From assembly GCA_964016885.1 (NCBI GenBank), contig OZ024742.1, forward strand, positions 352,346,001 through 352,410,000: 64,000 nt of DNA, in the 5' to 3' direction. Below, in pieces: positions 50,501-60,209 of this stretch. Origin of the DNA: Eledone cirrhosa. Lineage: Eukaryota. The position numbers and the translations under genes are program-made. Below the pieces are notes generated by a model. The model was not told the origin of the DNA. It ran no database searches and saw nothing but the letters and a program-made list of their open reading frames with translations. Position 1 is the first letter of the stretch, and the number at the start of each line of letters is the position of its first letter.

Positions 50501-53500
50501 CACCTTCAGCAACAGAAACACCATCACCACATTCAGCAACAGAAAGTCAATCACCACCTTCAGCAACAGAAACACCTTCACCACCTTCAGCAACATAAAC
50601 ACCATCACCACCTTCAGCAACATAAACACCATCACCACATTCATCAACAGAAAGACCATCAGCACCATCAGCAACAGAAACACCATCACCACATTCAGCA
50701 ACAGAAACACCATCACCACCTACAGCAACAGAAACACCATCACCACCTACAGCAACATAACCACCGTCACCACCATCAGCAACAGAAACACCATCACCAC
50801 ATTCAGCAACAGAAACACCATCACCACCTTCAGCAACATAAACACCATCACCACCTTCAGCAACAGAAACACCATCACCACCATCAGCAACATACCCACC
50901 ATCACCACCTTCAGCAACATAAACACCATCACCACCTTCAGCAACATAAACACCATCACCACCTTCAGCAACATAAACACCATCACCACCTTCAGCAACA
51001 GAAACAACATCACCACCTACAGCAACAGGAACACCATCACCACCTTCAGCAACAGAAACACCATCACCACCTACAGCAACATAACCACCATCACCACCTT
51101 CAGCAACAGAATCACCATCACCACCATCAGCAACATAAGCACAATCACCACCATCAGCAACATAACCACCATCACCACCATCAGCAACATAACCACCATC
51201 ACCACCATCAGCAACATAACCACCATCACCACCTTCAGCAACATAAACACCATCACCACCTACAGCAACAGAAACACCATCACCACCATCAGCAACATAA
51301 ACACCATCACCACCTACAGCAACATAACCACCATCACCACCTTCAGCAACATAAACACCATCACCACCTACAGCAACACAAACACCATCACCACATTCAG
51401 CAACAGAAAGACCAACACCATCATCAGCAACAGAAACGCCATCACCACATTCAGCAACAGAAACACCATCACCACCTTCAGCAACATAAACACCATCACC
51501 ACCTTCAGCAACAGAAACACCATCACCACCATCAGCAACATACCCACCATCACCATCTTCAGCAACATAAACACCATCACCACCTTCAGCAACAGAAACA
51601 CCATCACCACCTACAGCAGCATAACCACCATCACCACCTTCAGCAACATAAGCACCATCATCACCATCAGCAACATAACCACCATCACCACCTTCAGCAA
51701 CATAAACACCATCACCATCATCAGCAAGAGAAACACCATCACCACCTTCAGCAACATATACACCATCACCACCACCAGCAACAGAAACACCATCACCACC
51801 TTCAGCAACAGAAACACCATGACCACCTTCAGCAACAGAAACACCATCACCACCTTCAGCAACAGAAACACCATCACCACCTTCAGCAACAGAAACACCA
51901 TCACCACCATCAGCAACATAAACACCATCACCATCATCAGCAAGAGAAACACCATCACCACCTTCAGCAACAGAAACACCATCACCACCATCAGCAACAT
52001 AACCACCATCACCACCTTCAGCAACAGTAACACCATCACCATCATCAGCAAGAGAAACACAATCACCACCTTTAGCAACATATACACCATCACCACCACC
52101 AGCAACAGAAACACCATCACCACCTTCAGCAACAGAAACACCATCACCACCTTCAGCAACAGAAACACCATCACCACCTTCAGCAACAGAAACACCATCA
52201 CCACCTTCAGCAACAGAAACACCATCACCACCATCAGCAACATAAACACCATCACCACCTACAGCAACATAACCACCATCACCACCTTCAGCAACATAAA
52301 CACCATCACCACCTTCAGCAACATAAACACCATCACCACCTTCAACAACACAAACTCCATCACCACATTCAGCAACAGACAGACCATCACCACCATCAGC
52401 ATCAGAAACACCATCACCACATTCAGCAACATAAACACCATCACCACCTACAGCAACATAACCACCATCACCACCTACAGCAACATAACCCCCATCACCA
52501 CCTTCACCAACATAAGCACCATCACCACCATCAGCAACATAACCACCATCACCACCTTCAGCAACATAAACACCATCACCATCATCAGCAACAGAAACAC
52601 CAGCACCACCTTCAGCAACACATACACCATCACCAACACCAGCAACAGAAACACCATCACCAACTTCAGCAACAGAAACACCATCACCACCTTCAGCAAC
52701 AGAAACACCATCACCATCATCAGCAACAGAAACACCATCACCACCTACAGTAACATAACCACAATCACCACCACCAGCAACATAAACACCATCACCACCT
52801 TCAGCAACAGAAACACCATCACCACCTTCAGCAACAGAAACACCATCACCATCATCAGCAACAGAAACACCATCACCAACTTCAGCAACAGAAACGCCAT
52901 CACCACCTTCAGCAACAGAAAAACCATCACCACCATCAGCAACATAACCACCATCACCACCAGCAGCAACATAACCACCATCACCACCTTCAGCAACATA
53001 ACCACCATCACCACCATCAGCAACATAACCACCATCACCACCTTCAGCAACAGAAACACCATCACCACCATCAGCAACATAAACACCATCACCACCATCA
53101 GCAACAGAAACACCATCACCACCATCAGCAACATAAACACCATCACCACCTTCAGCAACAGAAACACCATCACCACCTTCAGCAACAGAAACACCATCAC
53201 CACCACAGCAACACAAACACCATCACCACGTTCAGCACATAACCACCATCACCACCTTCAGCAACAGAAACACCATCACCACATTCAGCAACAGAAAGTC
53301 CATCACCACCTTCAGCAACAGAAACACCTTCACCACCTTCAGCAACATAAACACCATCACCACCTTCAGCAACATAAACACCATCAACACATTCATCAAC
53401 AGAAAGACCATCACCACCATCAGCAACAGAAACACCATCACCACATTCAGCAACAGAAACACCATCACCACCTACAGCAACAGAAACACCATCACCACCT

Positions 53501-53551
53501 ACAGCAACATAACCACCGTCACCACCATCAGCAACAGAAACACCATCACCA
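45315..53551. repeat. Near-identical 3.4-kb duplication (45315-48751 and 50115-53551), offset 4800 bp
   Basis: Sequence lines match almost base for base at offset 4800. The 889-aa ORFs at 45747 and 50547 are near-identical. Confidence 0.92.
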
Positions 53552-55383
53552 CATTCAGCAACAGAAACACCATCACCACCTTCAGCAACATAAACACCAT
53601 CACCACCTTCAGCAACAGAAACACCATCACCACCATCAGCAACATACCCACCATCACCACCTTCAGCAACATAAACACCATCACCACCTTCAGCAACATA
53701 AACACCATCACCACCTTCAGCAACAGAAACAACATCACCACCTACAGCAACAGGAACACCATCACCACCTTCAGCAACAGAAACACCATCACCACCTACA
53801 GCAACATAACCACCATCACCACCTTCAGCAACATAAACACCATCACCACCATCAGCAACAGAAACACCATCACCACCATCAGTAATACAGACACCATCAC
53901 CACCATCAGCAACATAAACACCATCACCACCTTCAGCAACATAACCACCATCACCACCTTCAGCAACATAACCACCATCACCACCTTCAGCAACACATAC
54001 ACCATCACCACCATCAGCAACATAAACACTATCACCACCTTCAGCAACATAAACACCATCACCACCATCAGCAACATAACCACCATCACCACCATCAGCA
54101 ACATAACCACCATCACCACCTTCAGCAACATAAACACCATCACCACCTTCAGCAACAGAAACACAATCACCACCTTCAGCAACAGAAACACCATCACCAC
54201 CTTCAGCAACAGAAACACCATCACCACCTTCATTAACAGAAACACCATCACCACCTTCAGCAACAGAAACACCATCACCACCTTCATTAACAGAAATACC
54301 ATCACCGCCTTCAGCAACAGAAACACCATCACCACCTTCAGCAACAGAAACACCATCACCACCTTCAGCAACAGAAACACCATCACCACCTTCAGCAACA
54401 GAAACACCATCACCACCTTCAGCAACAGAAACACCATCACCACCTTCAGCAGCAGAAACACCATCACCACCTTCAGCAACAGAAACACCATCACCACATT
54501 CAGCAACATAAACACCATCACCACCATCAGTAACAGAAACACCATCACCACCTTCAGCAACATAAACACCATCACCAACATCAGCAATAAAACACCATCA
54601 CCACCATCAGCAACAGAAATAACATCACCACCTTCAGCAACATAAACACCATTACCACCTTCAGCAACAGAAACACCATCACCAACTTCAGCAACATAAA
54701 CACCATCACCACCTTCAGCAACAGAAACACAATCACCTCCTTCAGCAACAGAAACAACATCACCACCTTCAGCAACATAAACACCATCACCAACTTCAGC
54801 AACAGAAACACCATCACCACCACCAGCAACACATACACCATCACCACATCAGCAACATTAACACAATCACCACCATCAGCAACAGAAACACCATCACCAC
54901 CTTCAGCAACATAAACACCATCACCACCATCAGCAACATAAACACCATCACCACCATCAGCAACATAAACACCATCACCAACATCAGCAACATAAACACC
55001 ATCACCAACATCAGCAACAGAAACACCATCACCACCTTCAGCAACAGAAACACCATCACCACCTCCAGCAACAGAAACACCACCACCACCTTCAGCAACA
55101 GAAACACCATCACCATCATCAGCAACAAAACACCATCACCACCATCAGCAACAGAAATACCATCACCACCTTCAACAACAGAAACACCATCACCACCTTC
55201 AGCAACAGAAACACCATCACCACCTTCTGCAACAGAAACACCATCACCATCATCAGCAACAGAAACACCATCACCACTATCAGCAACAGAAACACCATCA
55301 CCGCCTTCAGCAACATAAACACCATCACCACCTTCAGCAACAGAAACACCATCACCATCTTCAGCAACAGAAACACCATCACC

Positions 55384-55431
55384 AACGCCAGCACCAGCAC
55401 CAGCACCAGCACCAGCAACAGCAACATCAGC

Positions 55432-55472
<41 letters not shown>

Positions 55473-55560
55473 CGGCAACAGCAACAACAACAACAACACA
55501 ACAACAACGACGACGACGGTAACAACAGCAGCAACAGCAGCAATAACAAGCAATATTGAC
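55384..55560. repeat. Simple-repeat tail of the array: (GCACCA)n, (CAA)n, (CGA)n, (CAG/CAA) mix
   Basis: Seen directly: gccagcaccagcaccagcaccagcaccagc, pure (CAA)n at ~55431-55473, then acgacgacgacg. Confidence 0.95.
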
Positions 55561-55805
55561 AACAACAAGAAAAACATCAACAACATTGAAAATGAAACAC
55601 GTTCGAATACCTGAAGACTCAGCACGTTTTTGGCAGTAGAATTGGTAATAGTAAGTATTTATCTCTGCGATAAATAAGGACCAGCTTCACTTAACATTCT
55701 CCAATGCTAATTGCTCATTTGTTTATTTATATTTCATAATATTTTTCTAAGATCTTTTTATTATTTATTATGTTTTTTTTTTTATTATTTATTAATTCTA
55801 AAAAC

Positions 55806-55901
55806 ATAATTGCTTCTACTTTTAGCACAAGGCCATCAATTACTCAGTGCATTTCTCGTAATTTATGTTATCGACCTCGTAAGGATGAAATACAAAGTTA
55901 A
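55806..55901 (-). mobile_element. SINE-like fragment (3' portion), left arm of an inverted pair
   Basis: Reverse complement aligns at roughly 80% by eye with 55913-55998, and its end also matches 58130-58185. The core ctttgcctttcatcc...gggtcgataaaat..gtaccag resembles an abundant octopod SINE, from recall and not from a search. Confidence 0.65.
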
Positions 55902-55904
55902 TCC

Positions 55905-55998
55905 CGCCGAGGTTAACTTTGCCTTTCATCCTTACAGGGGTCGATAAAATAAAGTACCAGTAATGCACTGGGTATGTGCTGGCCTTGTCCCAACAGTA
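55905..55998 (+). mobile_element. SINE-like fragment (3' portion), right arm of an inverted pair
   Basis: gccgaggttaactttgcctttcatccttacaggggtcgataaaataaagtaccagtaatgcactgggtatgtgctggccttg; three related copies occur in this window. Confidence 0.7.
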
Positions 55999-56764
55999 TT
56001 AACACTCATGTTTTCAGCATTAATAATCTTAACTATAATAAAGTAAGGAGTGCGGGACTGCATCCAGAATATAATTTTGTTATCCCGTTTGTAAAATAAG
56101 GTGGATTACTTTGAATAAATAATGAATGAATATTACATAATGTATTTGCTAAATGTCGTAGCTTTTGGTTAAATATGGTTTATTGCTTATTTAAAGATTC
56201 ACTTTTTAAAAACTTTCAAATGTCAACACTTCCGGTTAGCGATCGCTTACATAAACATTCATATATTTCCGTCACTAACATTCTCCTAATGCTTTATATA
56301 TAATATCGTCTTTTTTATATATAATATCGTCTTTTTTTATTGATCATGGATTACGTTACTGATGACATAAGTGTGTGTAATGTAGTCTCCGTTCAATTTC
56401 TGTGTGCATTGTCTATTACGATTTAATTTGATCATATCTACATGTATTTATACTTGCGTATAATATCAATATACATGCTTCACATGCCAGGGTGGTTTTC
56501 TGCTAGTATATATAATGAGGGTTGAGGGGGTAAATAAAGTCAATTCTGTCAGTCTTTGAAAGTATATGAGAGGTTTATAAATGACATAAACGAGAGTAAA
56601 AGAAAGGAAATTGCCAGTACACGGAAGTGAGGAGGAAGGGGAGAGGAGGATGGGCGCCAGGACGGGGTGAATTTTCGGCTGCTCCCCGCCGACAGATGTT
56701 CAAAGACATTTCCCCGGACAATAGACTGCGACACCCACTACAACAGCCCCTCAACATCTAGAGG

Positions 56765-56895
56765 CTCATCATTATCATCTTCATCTTCATGTTAACCATC
56801 ACCAGTTTTGCCATCATCCTCATTTTAATCATCACTGTTGTCATCATTATAACCACCATCACAAACATTGTCAATATCGTCAACAGCATCATCAT
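56765..56895. repeat. Degenerate (CAT/CAC)n trinucleotide low-complexity tract
   Basis: catcattatcatcttcatcttcat...caccatcac...cagcatcatcat. Confidence 0.75.
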
Positions 56896-57112
56896 CTGTC
56901 TCGTGGTTGGATCTCGTAATTGTTGGCGATGAACTGTCATTCTATTTCTGAGTGTGAGTTTAGTTTGTCCTATATCATCTTCATTGCATCCTTTACATTT
57001 AATTGCATAAAGTAGATTTTGTTTGATGAGCAAGTGAAGTGATTGTTTACAGCAAAATGTTGTCCTGATTTAAATGTATACGTGTTGCCTTCAATGAGGT
57101 GAGTGCAGGTTC
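56896..57112 (-). pseudogene. Frameshifted GIY-YIG endonuclease fragment of a Penelope-like element
   Basis: Two frames join into TCTHLIEGNTYTFKSGQHFAVNNHFTC / NLLYAIKCKGCNEDDIGQTKLTLRNRMTVHRQQ. This fits the PLE pattern NxxYxIxCxxCxxxYIGQT..LRxRxxxH, with YIG decayed to DIG and a frameshift near 57025. Confidence 0.8.
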
Positions 57113-57115
57113 TAG

Positions 57116-57580
57116 TAAAAAGAAATTCAAACAAACTTACGCTAAAGCTGATATATTTATTCACGTGACTACATCAACCAACCAAACTACACTCTTATAC
57201 GAAAAAACAACCTGCTATATTCACTGATCCAGATCAATTCTCCCATTCCATTTATCTTGACCATTATCTTTTGTTTGTCATAAAATTCTCTAAAAGGCTA
57301 CAAAATATATTCCCAAATACGGGCGCGATTTTTAGTGAACTTGTTCACGTGGCAGCCATAATTTATTGTATAACCAATCAAATTACATTTATTAAAATAA
57401 AGCCTTCGTGAACACCTTTTTTTAAGTAAAAAGAAATTGAAACACTCATATATGAAAAAACAACCTGAGCCAAATGTTTGAAGAACGTTGTGACGCGAAT
57501 TGGCGCGAAATTTATTATACTTATTCACCAACCAATCAAATTACTTCTCTAAAAACCTAGCGTTTCGAGCCACTTTTTCC
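57116..57580. repeat. Degenerate internally repeated region, possibly an old dispersed element
   Basis: Recurrent motifs: aaaagaaatt[c/g]aaaca (~57117, ~57429), gaaaaaacaacctg (~57201, ~57454), ggcgcga (57322, 57502), accaatcaaattac (57373, 57531). Confidence 0.45.
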
Positions 57581-57652
57581 ATATAAAACAAGTGACATTC
57601 AAAGACCAACGAGATGTGAGAAAAACCACAGACCCTCCATCTCAACTCTACT

Positions 57653-57767
57653 TTTGAAAAGCACTGCGAAACCGGTAAAGGAACCAAATAAATATATATA
57701 TTTTTAAATAAAATATATATATTTATTTGGATCCTTTACCGGTGTCGCAGTTTTTCTGCTTTTCAAA
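57653..57767. repeat. ~115-bp near-perfect palindrome, probably two PLE terminal fragments tail-to-tail
   Basis: Left arm tttgaaaagcactgcgaaaccggtaaaggaaccaaataaatatatatatttt versus reverse complement of the right arm tttgaaaagcagaaaaactgcgacaccggtaaaggatccaaataaatatatatatttt: 2 substitutions and one 6-bp indel. Confidence 0.9.
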
Positions 57768-57826
57768 TATATTTTAAAATAAAATACGACTCCAGTTGCA
57801 TTTCTGATATCATTTTTTTTCTTTGA

Positions 57827-57984
<158 letters not shown>

Positions 57985-58129
57985 AATATATGATATATAT
58001 AGGGGGTGAGAGTGTGTTTGTTCAACCTATTTAATAATGCTGACGTCAACATTCGATATAATGTCAGTAAGAATATATGAACTTAAAACTAATTAGATGC
58101 CCGAATTTAAATTAAATTAGCTTACATAT

Positions 58130-58185
58130 CAGTAATGTACTGGGATATTTGCTGGCCTTGTGCCAAAAGTAGGAACAATTATTAT
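58130..58185 (+). mobile_element. Short 3'-terminal fragment of the same SINE-like family
   Basis: cagtaatgtactgggatatttgctggccttgtgccaaaagtaggaacaattattat matches the 3' end of the 55905-55998 copy and the reverse complement of 55806-55850. Confidence 0.65.
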
Positions 58186-59000
58186 AGACACAATGAATTA
58201 CTTTTCACGCACATATAAAATTATGTTATTAAGTATGAAGTAAAATATGACATATTTACACATTGGTAGAAAGCGTCATCGAGTAATTACTCTGATATTC
58301 TTAATTAACAGATTATTTATTAAACTCACATTCAATTGTTATTTGTACCGATATTATTTCATCGTAAATTATTAATGTAATTTGATATTTCGTCTGCTAA
58401 TTTGCCTACAACTAACTATTTTTTTTTATTCTTCCATAATTCAAAATTGAAACCCATATTATCTCGTACATTTCATCTTCATATACATAATTATATCATG
58501 GGTGTGATCTTTGTTAATTTATCGCCAACATCCACCGAATTCCATTCATTTGTTCAATATACATTGTTCATACTTTAAAGCAGGTTCTATGTTTTATACG
58601 TGTCATGGGTAAAGGTGTGGACTTTGTTAAATCCTGATTTCTTAGGGTGTTTATTGGCATCTTAAAGGAACATAAATGCTGTTAATCAAGAATCTCAGAC
58701 ACGCTTTACTCATATTACTAGAGAAAAAATTCACATGCACCAAAATACATGGGAATGTAATTATATATGTTATTATGAAGTATTGATTCAAATCTGTATG
58801 AAGTCATTAATCAGGAACTTGAAATTAATACATACTTGTGTCTAGACAATGTTATAATCTATTTACCATAGAGATGCATAATTGTCACATAATTTTGCTT
58901 TGTGAAAATATATTATTCACGTCGCATATGGATGAATTGCTTAGAAATTTGGCGAATGATGAATATCTTGATAAATGTTGTCCTTATTTCACCGAATATC

Positions 59001-59127
<127 letters not shown>

Positions 59128-59233
59128 ATAATAATAAAATTGAAGACTAAAATCCAGAGAGGGCTCGATAAGGAAAATATATATCAAATATATAAGAAGC
59201 GTAGAGCAAATATTTATTAAAATAACAGATTAA

Positions 59234-59284
59234 AGTTTAAGCAAAGAATCGGTGCTTTCACCCTTAACGGGATCTTCTGAAACT
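59234..59284 (-). ncRNA. Variant hammerhead-ribozyme-like motif (core CAGAAGA instead of CUGAnGA)
   Basis: Minus strand: AGUUU-CAGAAGA-U.CCC.GUUAA.GGG.U-GAAA-GCA..UGCU-U-AAACU. Stems I, II and III can form in type I topology, just upstream of AAUAAA. Confidence 0.45.
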
Positions 59285-59373
59285 AACAAAGTCAATCTGT
59301 AAACGCAGAACTAGATATTTCAAAAAACGTTGCAACCGGAGGAAGACAGGAGGACGATACTTTCGTTCATGGT

Positions 59374-59635
59374 GACGTTCGCTGGCAAAGAACGGGAAAA
59401 AACGAATAATACGTAATTAATAGGAGCGGTGAAAAACAATTACGTGCAAGGACAGAACCACGTTTATGGTATAAAAGAGGTCGTAGACTAATGTTCTCTA
59501 AGTGGTGCATAGAGACGTTATCTGGCAATGAACGAAAAAACGAAGATAATAAGTCATATGTGGATCGTGGAGAACAATAGCGTGCAAAGACAAAACCACG
59601 TAAATGGTATAGCAGAAGTCGTAGACTAAAATTCT
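59374..59635. repeat. Diverged 140-bp tandem duplication inside the pLTR (mirrored in the right arm)
   Basis: gacgtt..ctggcaa.gaacg...cgtgcaa.gaca.aaccacgt...tggtata...gtcgtagactaa starts at 59374 and again at 59514. Confidence 0.85.
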
Positions 59636-60209
59636 AACTAGGAGACCGAATGAATCTCCGCTACAGAGTTAAGAACAAAGTAAATAAATACAATACAGAA
59701 GTAATAGGAACAAATAAGTACATACACGCAAACAGATACGTACATACACAAGCATACGCAAAACCTTACCATAGGTATACAAAACCACGCACATATAAAT
59801 ATGTGCATGTGTGTATGCTTGTGTACAAATAAATAAATAATTATATAAACGTATATAAGTAAATAAATACGTATATAACAATCGCACACACATACCTACA
59901 AATAAATACATGAAGGTTCGGAGACGTAAGTCAACTAAAACAAGAAGTACACATATACACACACCCACCATACGTACGAACCTGCATACTCACGCAGACG
60001 CAAAACTCCCATATACACATAACCAAGCCCTAAATACCAGAATATGTAAAAGGTATACGCCAAAACAGTCAAATATACGTACGAGAAGGTATACATACCT
60101 TCACAAAACATACGGGTAATATATACTTACCTATGCAAAAAGTAAAGGAATAAACAAAACATATACTTAGCTCCCACATCAAGACGTAAATATCCACGTA
60201 TAGATCGTG

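Larger units (their letters stand above)
1..55383. repeat. Giant 27-bp tandem satellite/minisatellite array (~2,050 monomers; continues past the left edge)
   Basis: Consensus CCATCACCACC[T/A]TCAGCAACA[G/T]AA[A/C]CA repeats continuously. All ORFs show 9-aa periodicity (SNRNTITTF, QQQKHHHHL, TETPSPPSA, EGGDGVSVA, KVVMVFLLL). 22 of 27 consensus bases are A or C. Confidence 0.98.
59216..59857 (-). repeat. pLTR, left arm of a ~640-bp inverted repeat
   Basis: Reverse complement of 61009-61648. The identical 60-aa ORF appears at 59650(+) and 61034(-). Confidence 0.95.

Noticed and set aside
1-55383. PSPPSATET mucin frame in which GAA/TAA would be synonymous under a TAA=Glu genetic code
   Set aside because: The PLE ORFs in the same window end at TAA/TAG after their conserved C-terminal motifs and otherwise nearly lack them, which indicates the standard code. 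Frameshifts also break this frame.
1-55383. CRISPR-like regular array
   Set aside because: No unique spacers and no cas genes; the context is eukaryotic.
1-55383. CTGATGA/CTGAAGA words on the minus strand of some monomers (satellite-borne hammerhead?)
   Set aside because: No accompanying GAAA with Watson-Crick stems; the strand is almost entirely G and T.
920-55625. Dozens of hydrophobic MVMVFLLLKV-type ORFs, including a signal-peptide-like one at 55119-55625
   Set aside because: These are translations of the G/T-rich strand of the satellite and the (TTG)n tract, broken by frequent TAG, with no unique domain.
55645-55660. GTAAGT splice-donor-like motif just after the array
   Set aside because: All three plus-strand frames stop before it (~55520, ~55557, 55612), and a lone hexamer is weak evidence.
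56295-56338. 21-bp direct duplication tatatataatatcgtcttttt
   Set aside because: Ordinary local slippage with nothing inserted between the copies.
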